A stretch of 64,000 nucleotides of DNA from Octopus sinensis (lineage: Eukaryota), in contig NC_043015.1 of the NCBI RefSeq assembly GCF_006345805.1, forward strand, positions 37,882,001-37,946,000, read 5' to 3'. How positions within the stretch are numbered: the stretch's first letter is position 1; each line of letters opens with the position of its first letter. The notes beneath the pieces were generated by a model, which was not told where the DNA came from, did no database searches, and was given only the letters and a program-made list of their open reading frames with translations. The position numbers and the translations under genes were made by a program. Positions 26,040 through 39,856 of this stretch are shown here, in pieces.

Positions 26040-26312
26040 TATTGATGATGATGAGGAGGAGGAGGAGGAGGAGGAAGAAGAGGAAGAGAAGGAGGAGGAG
26101 GAGGGGTGATTATGGCGATGATGACGACGACGATGATGATGATGGAAGTGGTAGTGATGCTGCTGCTGCCGATGATGATGATGGTGATGATGATGATGGT
26201 GGTGGTGGTGTTGATGATGTTGATGATGGTGATGATGACGGTGGTGATGGTGATGATGATGGTGGTGTGGGGGTAACGATGATGATGATGACTGATGACG
26301 TCAATGACGATG
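26040..26312. repeat. Compound (GAG)n/(GAT)n/(GGT)n low-complexity tract
   Basis: Direct inspection. Confidence 0.9.
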
Positions 26313-26794
26313 ATAATATCGTTAGCCCTTGGTCACAAAGCAGACCTATTCGTTCAACCCATTGAATCGAGACCCTGAAGACCGTGGAAGATCTTGTAGG
26401 AGGGTGAGAATGGATATATTGGGTGTGGCATGTAAACCCACAAGGAGATGAAATACTGAGGGCACGATGTGGAAAACTGGAACAGATACCCGAGTATATG
26501 ACTGGTATCCATTTCGTCGTAGTCCCTTCCTGGAGAGATGAATGACAAAGTATAATCCGACCGGATTTTAGACGAGAGTTTATGAAAAGCAGTAATATGG
26601 TTCGATCAGTTAAATCGATATTTATTTATCTTCACCTGTCTATCGATTGGAATATAAAAGGGTCTTTGTCGTCTGAGGCGAGACGTGAGAGAGATATGAT
26701 TGGCGATTGCAATAGAGTAAAGACGAGAGAGTGAGAGAGAGAAAGACCTATATATATAGGTGTGAACACACACACACACACACACATATATTCA

Positions 26795-26987
26795 AAATGT
26801 GACCGCGTGTGTACCGTTGGCGATTTTTTTTCCTCTGTCCTCCCTTCTCTGGATCTTTCCTTCTCCTATGTTTGTGACGAAGAGCTCCGCTCGAAACGTT
26901 AAATCCTCCTTCTTTCCTGAGCGTCCAATATTTGTTCCACGTCCTCGCGTTGTTGTGTTTTTTTTGTGCTTTCTTGTTTGGATTAAC

Positions 26988-26988
<1 letters not shown>
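26795..26988 (+). mobile_element. Short element with degenerate minimal hammerhead (Penelope pLTR-like)
   Basis: 26870-26904: gttt GTGACGA a gagc-tcc-gctc GAAA cg TT aaa (C3 replaced by G; palindrome aacgtt). It lies between (CA)n and (TA)/(TG)n. Confidence 0.6.
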
Positions 26989-27070
<82 letters not shown>

Positions 27071-27268
27071 GACAACCCTTATGCTAGAAGTAGATCCGCT
27101 ATGGCCTTACCACTAAGAAAGGAATGTTCTCAAAAAAATTTAGCAAACGCCAGAACGTAAGCGAACAAGACAAATGAAAAGAAACAAAAAATATAGATTA
27201 ATCATAGAAATGTTTCGCTATCAACAGTTTTATAAATATATAAATATTATATATCTATATATATTATT

Positions 27269-27320
<52 letters not shown>

Positions 27321-27592
27321 GGTGTGAGGCACGGAGAGAAAGTCAACCACCAGAAATACAAAGCCAGTGACCAGCGAGAAGCCATTCTATGAATTATTTA
27401 AGAAGTCAACTCCACATGGCAAAACAGGCGAACTTAACTTCTCAAATACAATCAATATAGCAAACCAGAATCGATTATGTGGTGCGTGTGTGTGTGTGTG
27501 TGTGTGTGTGTTACTTGGCTTTTTATTTTGTGTGAAAAGAACTCCTCAGGCTTTAAGTATTTATAGTATGGTCAATATTAGTATTTGCAGCG

Positions 27593-27805
27593 AAGGCGAC
27601 GAGCTGACAGAGTCGTTGACATGCCGGATGAAATGCCTAAAGGCATTTCGTCCGTTTTCACGTTCCCAGTTCAAAATTCCGCCGAGGTCAACTTTGCCTT
27701 TCATCCTTTCAGGGTCGATAAAATGAGAGTACTAGTTGAGTACTGGGGTCGACTAACCTCCCCACCACCACCAGCGAAATTGTTGGACTTGAGCCAAAAT
27801 CTGCA
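27593..27805 (+). mobile_element. SINE family B
   Basis: ggcgacgagctgacag..agttcaaaattccgccgaggtcaactttgcctttcatcctttcagggtcgataaaatg; followed by (GTA)n at 27811-27866. Confidence 0.85.
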
Positions 27806-27810
27806 ACAAC

Positions 27811-27868
<58 letters not shown>

Positions 27869-28800
27869 ATGGTGGTGGTGGTGGCGGTGAAGGTGTTAGT
27901 GAGATAATAGTTAAGGTGGTAGAGGTGATTGAAGTAGTATTGTGTTTGTTGTTAATGTAGTAGTACGAGGGTGATAGTTGTGGTGCTTGTGGCGGTGATA
28001 GTGGTGGTGGTTGCGTTGCTCTTTCTGGTTGTGGTGGTTGTGTTATGACTATGCCATATTACTTGGCATCGTCTACCTTGTACAACACATCGAATGTGTC
28101 TTCTTTAAAAGGCGATATTTTTAAGTGTTTAAATTTGAGGCTAGATTTAGCTGCTACATTTAGCGGATTAAACGACCACCTAGAGGTGCCCTTGTTATCT
28201 CGTTCGTTGATTGGTTACTTCCTGTGTTGAGTTGTAGACATCAGAAGGATGTTAATGGTGGCACTTCCGGTTTCATCTTTGATGTATTTTATTGTGATCC
28301 GGGGACGGGGGAGTTTAGCTGAGGTTTTTAGCGTCTGATGTGGTGTGCTCGTATTGAGTGTGTGCGTGTGTACATACTGCATCTGTCTGTGGGTGTATAT
28401 GTATGTTTGTGTGTGTGTGGCTGTCTGTCTGTGTATGTGTGTGTGTGTGCGTGTTTGTGTGTCTGCGTTTCTTTGTGTACGTAAGTGTCAGTGCGTCTAT
28501 GTGTATCTGTATGTATGTTTTGCGTGTGCATGTGCTTTCCTTGCAGAGATACCAATTTTCGTTACTCTCTTATCTTTTACCATTTGCTTGTTTCGGGCAT
28601 TAGGCTACGGCCATACTGGGGCACCACTTTCAGGAACTATTTATTCGAGTGAATCGGCCCCTGTATTTATTTTCCTTTTTAAGCCTTTTACTTATTCCAT
28701 GGTCTCAACTGATGAAGGGTCCCTTCTCTGTGTTAACTTGTCCTGTTTTCCATTTTTTTCGTTGTTTACGTATTTCATGTTATCTAACACCGTTGGTGAC

Positions 28801-28859
<59 letters not shown>

Positions 28860-28862
<3 letters not shown>

Positions 28863-29118
28863 TATTTTATCATAAAAACCATTTCAGTACCGGTTTCAGC
28901 CATTGAGACTTTTTCAACTCTAAGTATGGAAAACAATTAAATTTTGGAAAGATTAAAAGAAAAGTTTTTTAAAAGAATATTTGCATAGTGTTCAACTACT
29001 ATGCATTCTCCTTGTTTCTGCCTCTCTCCGTCTCTCTTTTTTTTTTTCATACTTACAGTTGAAGAAGTCTCAATGACTGGAACCGGTACTAAAATGTTTT
29101 TTAATGATAAAATTATTT
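28860..29118. mobile_element. Inverted repeat (~72-bp arms), each arm carrying a hammerhead-like motif
   Basis: Arms 28860-28933 and 29040-29118. Right arm: cag TTGAAGA agtc-tcaat-gact GGAA ccgg TA ct. Left arm rc: gag TTGAAAA agtc-tcaat-ggct GAAA ccgg TA ctg. Confidence 0.75.
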
Positions 29119-29263
29119 TAGCATCTTCTACCTTGACTTTTTTCTCCATATACATATTAACTCGTGTGTTCCTTTTCAACTTCATATGTGTGTGTGTGTG
29201 TATGTGTATGGGTGTACGTACGTTTGTATGTATGCATGAATGCATTGTGCTTGTTTGTGTGTG

Positions 29264-29316
<53 letters not shown>

Positions 29317-29446
29317 CAGTAATGTGTCTGTAAAGGTGCAACTTTGTCAAAACACCGAAGCAAGAGACCATTGCATTCCCACACACCCCTTCTATACACA
29401 CACCCGCCATCTCCCTCGCTCACCCATCAAAACATTCTCCCTTCTT

Positions 29447-29520
29447 TTCTTCTTCTTCTTTTCTTCTTCTTCTTCTTCTTCTTCTTCTTCTTCTTCTTCT
29501 TCTTCTTCTTCTTCTTCTTC
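29447..29520. repeat. (TTC)n microsatellite
   Basis: Direct inspection. Confidence 0.95.
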
Positions 29521-30269
29521 TCTCTCTTTTCCTCGCCCAACTTTGGTTTTTACAGACTCAAAAACCGCGCTTCTAACAACCCAACCGCATTACACCATCA
29601 CCACCACCACCACCACCTGCACCACTATATCATTATTAATCAACCCCAAACCATCTGTCATTACCATTCACTGTTCTTTCCACCCGTTTAACACCCAGAT
29701 CTCCGTTCCTCCTCCCCCCTTCTCCCAGAAAACACCTGTCTCGAGACTCATCCTCTCTCTCAGCTCTTTATTCTACCGAAAGTTTCATGGCTCCTTTCTC
29801 TCCCTCTCCCCCTCCTGCCTCTCCCCGCCAAATAACCTCCTCCCCTTCACCCCCTCTCTCTCTCACAAATTCTTCTATCATTCCCATGCTTCTTACCCTC
29901 TCTCTCTCGCTCTCTCTCTCTCTCACACACTCACACTGTACGCTTACGTATGTGTTTATGTATTTGTGTGTGTGTGTGTGTGTGTGTGTGCATGTATAAG
30001 CGTATGTGCGTATATTTTATTTCTTCGTACCCGTATGTAATGTCTTCCCATCACGATCCCTTTTCGGTGCAATGACGTCACCACCAATGCCACCACCAAT
30101 GTCAACTAAAAGACACCGGCTAATCCCGTCACATTTTCTTGAATCAACCATAAACATTCTCAATTAAGCAATTCCTTCCTTCCAACTACCGTTTTTTTTT
30201 TTTAGTTTTTTTTTTGTATTTGTATTTATTGTCCTTTATTTTGGGTGGAGATGGTTTTTGCATCTTCTT

Positions 30270-30826
30270 CAGGGTGGACCAAAATGTTCTGACACATTTG
30301 GAGGCTTCATAAAACCACAAAATAAGAAATAATGAAAAGAAAAATTTTATTTTCTGAATGTACGTATAATGCCATTTTATTTCATTAAGTTTTAAAAATT
30401 AAATCAGCTAAATGCTTCCCGTCATTGTCAACACACTTTTGGAGACGTTCATGAAAGATTATCGATAACTCTATGGATCATTTCTTCTGGAATGGTGAAA
30501 TGTGATTTCTTCTTGTTTGGATATTTAAAATCAAAAGTATTCAGTCATCGCCCTCAATCTATTGATGAATTAAAACGTGCAATTTGTGTAGAAATAGCAA
30601 CCATTCCAGAAGAAATGATCCATAGAGTCATCGATAATCTTTCAGGAACGTCTCCAACAGTGTGTTGACAATGAGGGGAAGCATTTAGCTGATTTAATTT
30701 TTAAAACTTAATGAAATAAAATGGCATTATATGTACATTCAGAAAATAAAGTTTTTCTTTTCATTATTTCTTATTTTGTGGTTTTATTAAACCTCCAAAT
30801 GTGTCGAATCATTTTGGTCCACCCAG
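30270..30826 (+). mobile_element. Fold-back non-autonomous Tc1/mariner derivative (~227-bp inverted arms)
   Basis: Arms 30270-30496 and 30600-30826; termini cagggtggaccaaaatg / cattttggtccacccag+TA. Spacer plus right arm translate CDFFLFGYLKSKVFSHRPQSIDELKRAICVEIATIPEEMIHRVIDN/FQERLQQCVDNEGKHLADLIFKT*. Confidence 0.9.
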
Positions 30827-31029
30827 TATGTTATGACTGGTTGCCATTCTTTATATTTTGGTGAGTACGGTGGCGGGGGTGATGGTGGTGGCAGTGTTCC
30901 TAATAGAATGAATATGAGATGAACTACAGCTAATTACTTTATAATTATCTGGAATGGAGTTTCTGTTGATGACGAAATGTATACAAAGCAATGGTAAGTA
31001 CAATGGTACGAGGCGGGGGGTGGGGAGTA

Positions 31030-31177
31030 GTCTTTGCAGTCACGTGGTTCCGGTTTTGGATCGGCTGCAAAGAAACTTTGATAAATGTCTTCTGTTATAG
31101 CCTCAGACTGATGAATGTGTTGTGGTTGGAATTTGGTTGGTGCAAAATGTGTGGAAACTCGTCAGATATATGTACGT

Positions 31178-31228
<51 letters not shown>

Positions 31229-31264
31229 TCTCTGTGTGTATATACGTACATGCATATATATGTA

Positions 31265-31301
<37 letters not shown>

Positions 31302-31361
31302 CCTCGGGCCAACCAAAACCTTGTGAGTGGATTTGGTAGACGGAAACTGAAAGAAGCCCGT

Positions 31362-31365
<4 letters not shown>
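31030..31365 (+). mobile_element. SINE family A fragments split by microsatellites
   Basis: Diverged head/core at 31030-31170; near-consensus tatagcctcgggccaaccaaaaccttgtgagtggatttggtagacggaaactgaaagaagcccg at 31297-31360. Confidence 0.7.
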
Positions 31366-31419
<54 letters not shown>

Positions 31420-32235
31420 CATGTGTGTAAATAATTCTGTTGTGTTTAAGAATAGACAATGGATTATGGTTCCGAAGACACATTCAGTCTGAAAGAATTA
31501 CAGGATGGCCACCGCCGGATCGTCTTTAATCATTGGACCCTTCCGGGGAGGCTAACAACAAGGATAACAACAACACCAGCAACAACATCAACAACAACAA
31601 CAACCATAGCCAAGTGATGCGAGATAGAGTATCGATGACTTTTAGTGAAACGACCATGTCTACATCCGCTGTAAGTGTGCTTTGGCTTTGTATCCTTCCG
31701 CCACACTCAAGGACCACTGACATCGTTTGGCCATTGATAACCGGATCGATTACCAAGACGGGCACAGGTTTGAACCTGTCAAAGTCGATATAGACCAGCT
31801 AGAGGGTCAATACATTGATCAACACCTTCATACACTCTCATATACATACATACATTCATGCATGACTACATACATACATGCATGAATACATACATACAGA
31901 TACACATATGCCTGTATGTATAAATATGTATGTGTATTGATGTATTTATATATGTATATATGTATATATATATATGTATGTATGCATGTATGTATGCATG
32001 TATGTATGTATATATGTATGTATGTATGTATGTATGTTTCTATGTATGTATGTATACGCACACAGATATAATGTAGATAATGTCGATACGTACGTATGAA
32101 TGGAATATATGTGCATGCCTGCATGTATATATGTTCTTGTATGTTCGTATATATATATATATATCTGTACTTACATATGTAATATGTATGTGTTGTATAC
32201 ATTTATGTATGTGTGTGTGTATCTGTGTGTGTGTA

Positions 32236-32277
<42 letters not shown>

Positions 32278-32311
32278 TATACATACATACATACATATAT
32301 ATAATATAATA

Positions 32312-32360
<49 letters not shown>

Positions 32361-32403
32361 TATATATGTATACATACATACATACATATATATATATATA
32401 TAC

Positions 32404-32478
<75 letters not shown>

Positions 32479-32519
32479 TACACACACACATATATAGATA
32501 GATAAATAGATAGGTGGGG

Positions 32520-32552
<33 letters not shown>

Positions 32553-33759
32553 TTCAGGCAGACAGACACATATAGATTTACATGATTGACATCACGTTGT
32601 TTGGATGGAATGATGCACCAGTATATTTAATCAAGAGAAAAATTCTTGATCAGCCCTAATCTAATTAATATGGTGATGCAATAACATTCCATAATGAGGA
32701 AAATCATTAAATTCGCGATTGGATTTGATCAAAAATGGCAGCGAAGACAATTTCTGCAACGAAGTCAGTAAAAACTAATTAAACACATATTGCAGCGGGG
32801 TGTCGATCTTTTCTTTGGCAGAACAGGGAAAACTCTGGCCATGTTTCCGCCTCATTAAACTTCATCATCTAGATATAGTCTTCTCAGTACTAATAGACCT
32901 AAGACGACCAGGGTATATATAGAGATGGTATTAGTGAAAGTATCCGTAGTATGATAGACTAGGTTAACCGTGGGGATATACCCAGGGCTACCAGCTGCAT
33001 AGAGAAGAAATAGTTAAGTCAGTGTTAATACATTTAATGCAATGTAAGACAGCTAATGATATTTTCTTCTCTAATTTAATTAAAATATAATTACTTTGTT
33101 CGCCATATTAAAGATATGGGAATCAACTTTTCTATAAATTTGTGGATTTTGACTTTTGCTTTTGTGTTTTTATACGGATTGTTTCCTTCGAGTATTTTTG
33201 TACCAATCGTTCTAGCTAATTATTAATAAATGACCGAGTATTCCACAGACGCACGTCACCCGTAACGTAATGTGAATTCAGTGAGACTTTGCGCTGGATC
33301 TCGAAATCATGTCTAGTCAATCCAATAAGTTTCATAAGACTAAAAAGGACTCAAGGTTATCGATCTACCTTGTATATTGGTTGATTGATTAATTAATTGA
33401 TTAATATATTAGTGATGATGTATGGTATCAATTAGAGAACATCATGTCCATTTGATTCCTGGATTGCGAAGAAAGAAGGTGGAAAGTTTTTAAGAAAAAT
33501 AATCCCTTAAGATGTGAAATTGCGTGGATTTGGAATGAAATCTGGGATAAATGGTGCATCAGAGATTGTTGATGACGACACAGACAAATGGTTAAAGTTG
33601 CATGCGGTTTACTTAAACATGGAGTACTGCCAGTTTCCTGACGTTGTATGACAGCTGTTCGTTGGTACAGCCATCTTTTATATGCAATGCTGAGAAACTC
33701 GCAAAACACCGCGAATATTCAAACTGTACGTATCTATCTCTGTGTGTGTCTCACTCCTA

Positions 33760-33867
<108 letters not shown>

Positions 33868-34005
33868 ATATACATATATGTATATGTATATATATACACA
33901 CATACATACATGCTTACAAACACATACACTTATATATGCACACAACTCTGTGTATGTGTTGTATAAGGCTGGTGCATTCTACGCCTCTACTCAGAGTTTC
34001 ACGTA

Positions 34006-34225
34006 CAGTAATTCCTCGCCATATCGCGCTTCACCTTTCACGGTTTATTATTTAAAGTTTACGTCGATTCCGCCGTGATACTGCTTTGCACTTATAAAAT
34101 AAATATATGCATTTTATAAAAATAATTTCAAAAATAAACAGTACAGTGCTGTTTCTACTTCGTGGATTTTTACCCATCGCGGGGGGTTTTGAAACGTATC
34201 ACCTGCGATAGTCGAGGGATTACTA
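34006..34225. mobile_element. pogo/Tigger-like MITE (~220 bp)
   Basis: TA+cagtaattcctcgccatatcgcg at the left; rc of the right end is tagtaatccctcgactatcgcag. Confidence 0.7.
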
Positions 34226-34706
34226 TTTCATCAAGAAGTACATATTTTCTATATCAAAATCACAGAAAATATCCAAAATAATACCAGAAGACGTTCATTG
34301 CATTGGCTATTCCAGGTAATTTGTGCAATTTGTGAGAAATATTAATTTACAGAAGTCATTCTTAAACCATTTTCCTCTTAAAGAGAGATAACTTATGCGG
34401 AGATGTCTTTTGATTCAAAAACAATTTTGCTTTTTCAAACGTAAAACTTGAATCCAAACTCTCACATTCTTAATTCTATGCTAATTAGGCATTAAGCCAA
34501 TATGTAATTGAAATATGAGTGTCACGTGGATATACTTGTAACATAAATTTATTTTATGTATGAACACGTAGAAAATAGTTTTTTCTTCCACTTTTAAGAT
34601 ATTATCGGGAACAGTTAATAATTTGTGCATAACTAGCAACTACAAGGCACTGGTTCTATGGTTGTCTGCTTTATCAAAAAGTCCATTTTATTGAGATTGT
34701 TTTCCG

Positions 34707-34822
34707 CTCTTTTAGATACAAAATGTTTTGACAACGCAGTGGAGTGGCTCGTTTCTATAGCTCGCTCTTTTAGATACCAAATATGTTTTGACAACGCAGT
34801 GGAGTGGCTCGTTTCTATAGCT
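34707..34822 (+). repeat. Local ~58-60-bp tandem duplication
   Basis: ctcttttagatac..atgttttgacaacgcagtggagtggctcgtttctatagct occurs twice. Confidence 0.9.
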
Positions 34823-36419
34823 TTGTGTATCGTATTTCAAATATATTTTCATCTAACACAATATATTTTTTGCGTGCCAGAAGCTCTAAATACTAGCTTT
34901 TTTGACATGTGTTTTCATTTAGGAGAAACAGTTTCTAGCATTTCCCCATTTATATTCATTTAAGTCTGTCACATCGTTTCAAAACTTTTTATTGTTTAGA
35001 GATTTATGATCCCGCGTCACCAAAAATCTATTACTGACTTTAACAGAATTCCTATTTAAAATTTTAAAGTATTTATGCGACGTAAGGAAGTGTATGCATA
35101 TCAATATACAGAATTTCTTTAGCTATTCTTAAAGGTACGGTAATGTTTGTTTGGGGATTATACCATATTACTTAACTCTTTTGTTTGTTTAGTAATTTTG
35201 ATTTCTTTCTCTTATCTTTTACTTGTTTCAGTCATTAGACTGCGTCCATATATATATACGCGCGCGCGATTGCGTGTACTCACATACGCATTCACCTGTG
35301 AGTGAATATAAGTTGTCTGAAATAAGTAAATGCTCTGCTGACCCCATATTCCCTGCATTAAAAATGCTCCAATATAAAGGAGAGAAGGTGAGCTTTGTAA
35401 GGGACTAAAACCTAACCAGAGTCGGAGTATTTTCTAACCTTAAATAGAAAACAGTTTTAATGACGCCTCCGCAGCAGCAGAAGCGACCGCAGCAGCAGTG
35501 GCAACAGCAGCAGTGGCAACAGCAGCAGCAGCAGTGAGTGTAGGTGTCGTATGCTTATATTTTCACTGAAAAAACCCATCTTTAATTTTGATTTTATTAT
35601 TCACCTTTCCATGGTTGATAAAAAAATAATAGAGAAGTATCATTCGTCTTCTTCAATACCACCGTAATATTGCCTCTCCATGACTTTGTTTTTCTCTTTT
35701 TTCCTCAGATTTTTCTTGAAGAACCACTGTCTGAAATGTTGAACATCCGTTGTCTCTTCCTTTCAGCTTTAAAATAAATACCATGTACTCCAAAGTAATA
35801 GTGAAGTAGCTTGATCGATTTTTATCAATTACTCGACGTCTTACAAAACAAGAGTTTTATGTCAGTGTTAGAAATCAATATTCTGGATGTCATGAAAGTC
35901 GGTACCAGCTACAGACAATAAAGTTGAATTCTACATCCACCAAGAGAGGAATTTGAAGATGTCCTACCGAAAGATGGCAGGCGATCAAACCATTGGATGG
36001 GGCCAGGGTTATGGAAGTATAGTGACGGAAGTATGTTACTGAACGTAGAGGAGGTTGAGGGATTTTTCGGGTCCTATGAGTTACATACAGACTCATTGGT
36101 CTGTATCACAGTCTGAGAATTGGGAGAAAGACATCGATCCAGGCTGAGTATGGAGTTGGTGAAACAGTTTTAGACGGTGATATGCTCGGCAGAAGACATC
36201 TGAATTTCAATGAATTCCCGAACACCCTAGGGTCATTCCGAAAGAATATTTAACGAATGGCTCGCGACTAGAAATGGTCGGGTATGTAGTGTAGAGTAGG
36301 AAGCCCAAGTTACAAGCGTACTAAGAGAAATCACGCCCAGGGATTTGGTCTTTCCAAGAAAGTGGTGGGGATACGCAAATAAAGTGAAAGGTAAGGTCAT
36401 AAATGGGAGCATGCGCCGT

Positions 36420-37195
36420 TACAGCCCGTCGCTGCTTCCACCATTTGTCAGAATATGTTCGGTTTATCCAAGGCCACCCCACAAGCAGAGTGCCAGTCAG
36501 TCCCCCATCACTTCGAGATGATATGAGGCCATCCAACACGAGCCGTCAGCCCAACCGGATCCTCAAAAAAGTGAACACAGTACGCAGGATCCAGCTCTGA
36601 AAATCCAGCAACATGACGAAACCGTCGAAGCTGATGATCCCCGAATCCCACAAGTAACGGGACGCGGTCCCAGTCTCTGAGTAGAGTCTTCGATTGGATA
36701 GAATATGCGATTAACGGTAACCGGTAATCCTGCGAAGAGTCCAAGTACCGAAAGGAGTTCAGACAGCTCTTAAGGAGGGTCCCGGACAGAGTCCAAGCCT
36801 CGCAACTATAGAGCAGGATAGGGAGGACAAGAAACTTAAAAACCCGAGCCTTTGTCCTCCTGCACAGACATCGACAACGCCAAAGATTTTTGTCCATCGA
36901 AGCCGCAACAGAACCAATTCATCCAATTCTTTCTAAGACTTCGGACTCGCAGCTAATGCCACTCTGAACCTCACTGCTGAGAAAAGTGAAATGGGCAACA
37001 AATTCCACATTCTCACCGGCAACAGAGACAGACGAGGTGGACTCGTCCAAGAAGCCAACGAAAACTTGATCTGTGCCTTGACCCAAGAAACTGTAAGGCC
37101 AAGCCGTTTCGTTTCCTCATTTAGTGAAAGGAGAACACTCCTTAACATATCCAGGGACTCAGAGCAAGAATAACTGCATCAACAACAAAATCCAG
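36420..37195 (-). mobile_element. RTE-clade LINE reverse-transcriptase C-terminal remnant
   Basis: DFVVDAVILA (decayed [Y/F]ADD), LNEETKRLGLTVSWVK, LWRCRCLCRRTKARVFKFLVLPILLYSCEAWTL, QLRRFRHVA. Confidence 0.85.
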
Positions 37196-37851
37196 GAGTT
37201 ATGGAAAGTGAGAGGGAAAAAAAAAATTGTCGGCAACATCAACAGCAGCAGCAGCAGTAGTAACAATGTGATCTTGGGTTTGAAAAAGATGGGATGGTCA
37301 CGGATGGAGCTAAATTACAATGATGATGAAATAATTCACACTGGACATTATTGTCAAAATCTGTAAAAAACAAAAAAAGAACGGGATGGTCACGGCTGGA
37401 TCTGCTGTATCAGCGTTGACCTAAGACTGAACACCAAAATCTAATAAAAGCCACCAATAAAGTCGGTTAATTTGACTTGTTAAACATTTCAGTTTATTTG
37501 AAACTCTTCGAGATGTGAAGTCTTCTTTGTTCACTGTACCGTGGGGGATTCCAGAAACAAATATGGCGTCTGTCGTCGCCATAAGAAACCTTTTCAATGG
37601 AAACGGATTGTAGAATTATCTACAACATGCCTAACAATGTATATATATGGAAACGTGTCTGCGGTATTACATACATAAATACGCATGCGTGTATACTCCT
37701 GCTACTCTCTTGCCTGGGCAAACTCAGAGTTCCTGAAAAATCTTGCCGCATCATCCGTAACGTGAAACGTGCTTTCCGTGAAGCGCCATGTTCAGTGGTC
37801 CTTGGATCTCACGTTACAGAGATCGTTTTACAGAATTTTCCCGTAATGCGA

Positions 37852-37904
<53 letters not shown>

Positions 37905-37971
37905 GCTATGTGAGTATGTGTATACGTGTGTGTATGTATGTGACTGTGAGTGCCTGCTGCGTGCGTGAGTG

Positions 37972-38005
<34 letters not shown>

Positions 38006-38388
38006 TGTGTGTGTGTATGTGTGTGTATGTGTGTGTATGTGTGTGTGTGTGTGTGTTTATCGGTAAAAAAAAAAACGGTTCAAAGTCTTTTTAAGAGTGT
38101 AGAATTTAGGAATGAAATGACGATGTGGAAGATAGATATAGCAAGAGATCCAGTTAAGATGGCGGTTCTATGAGTTGTGAAGCAAGGTTCGGGTAAGAAG
38201 CTTGAAGAATTGTCTGGGTAAACATCCAGAGGTGATGTCAGGTAAACTGTGCTTCTGGTCAGGGCCCGTATTTTGCGTAAAATACTATCATCTACAAAGT
38301 AAAGAAAAAGAAGAGGCATAAAAGCCACATCTATTACACTTGAGAGCTGTAGGAAGCTTCGGACAGAATACATGTACCCTTAAATAGC

Positions 38389-38425
<37 letters not shown>

Positions 38426-38436
38426 TAATAATAATA

Positions 38437-38645
38437 ATTTCAAATCTTGCCACAAGGGTAGCAATTTTGGGGGAGTGGATGAGTTGATTACATCAACCCC
38501 AGTGTTCAACATGTACTTATTTTTTCGACCCCGAAAGGATGAAAAGCAAAGTCGACCTCGACGGAATTTGAACTCATAACATAAGCGGCAAACTAAATAC
38601 TGCTAAGCATTTTGCCCGGCGTGTTGATTCTGCCAGATCGCTGCA
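38437..38645 (-). mobile_element. SINE family B in (TAA)n
   Basis: cgaccccgaaaggatgaaaagcaaagtcgacctcgacggaatttgaactc; TAA repeats on both sides. Confidence 0.88.
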
Positions 38646-38667
38646 TTAATAATAATGATAATAATAA

Positions 38668-38864
38668 CCCTTTTCTATTATAGGCACGGGGGACTAGTCG
38701 ATTACATCGACCCCAGTGTTTCCCTGGTACTTAATTTATTGACCCCCCGAAAGGATGAAAGGCTAAGTCGACCTCGGCGGAATTTGAACTCAGAACGTAG
38801 CAACGGGCGAAGTACCGCTAAGCATTTCGTCCGGTGAGCTAACGATTCTGCCTGCTCGCTGCCA
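38668..38864 (-). mobile_element. SINE family B, second tandem copy
   Basis: ccgaaaggatgaaaggctaagtcgacctcggcggaatttgaactcagaacgtagc. Confidence 0.88.
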
Positions 38865-39789
38865 TTACAATGATGATTGATGATTGATCATGATTTTTAA
38901 AAATCTTTATTGCTACTCAAGGACGACAGATAAAGGGACTTTACAGGGACAGGTTAATGTGGACATCAGATGAAACATGAACAAATACGAAGCAAAAGGA
39001 GAGTACAGACGCGTTATACACATAAACGAGAGTCCCCAAGATTAAGCAAGGAAGCCCATAAATCCAGCCCTATTAAGGGTAATTGCATTCTTCCGGCTGT
39101 ATCTCTGCCAAGAGGCGAAGGTTGAGCATGGGCCCATTCACATGGGCTACGTTCGTAGATTTCCACCACCACCCCACCCCCTTGTCAACATATTGTGTAG
39201 CACCGTCACCTTTCTCACTTTTAAGGAAAGAAGAGGACTTGGCAAAGAAGAGAACAGTCCGCCTGTTGTCCTTTCAGTCGTGCCCCCCACCCCTCACACA
39301 CACACAATCTCTTCAACAATACTTTGCCCCATCTTTCTCACCAAATAAAACTTAAAAAGACAATTACTTGAAGAGGGACCGACAAAAGAGGAAACTGTCT
39401 CTCCCATGTCCATTCAGTCGCGTCCACTATAAGACTTTCCGGTCTACGGAAAACGGTGAAGTGATTTTCGTGATGGACTCTGCTATAGAAACAATTCCTG
39501 TGATTCTAGGAGATTTTCAGAAGATATACGAAATGCTAGCCAAAAGCCACCTCAGAAGAGAGCGATTAAAATATAAACAAAACGCCGCCATCATCACTCT
39601 CATTCATCTGTCATAAGGCTTCGCATAAGATCGATCCAACAGAGTTTGACTGTGGAATATATAGAATTTAAAATCATATTTAAACCGCATTTTGAAAGTG
39701 TTTTTTCTATAATCTCAAGGAGATATATATAGTTGTCCATTACGTATTTATATATATTTGTGTTGTTGAAATTTACAGGAAAAAGATGA

Positions 39790-39856
39790 AGATAGTTTGA
39801 CGCTGGGAAATAGCGAGAAAGTCTTTACGTTTCGAACCTACGCTCTTCAACGGAAA
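39790..39856 (-). mobile_element. Degenerate relative of the 26795 hammerhead-bearing element
   Basis: Reverse complement ttt CCGTTGA a gagc-gtag-gttc GAAA cg TA aagactttctcgctatttcccagcgtc resembles 26870-26930; the core is mutated. Confidence 0.45.

Noticed and set aside
28705-28730. aactgatgaaggg hammerhead 5' half
   Set aside because: Truncated, with no GAAA or cleavage site downstream.
31503-31793. Candidate exon/ORF with gtaagt donor at 31671
   Set aside because: No polypyrimidine acceptor and no recognisable protein similarity.
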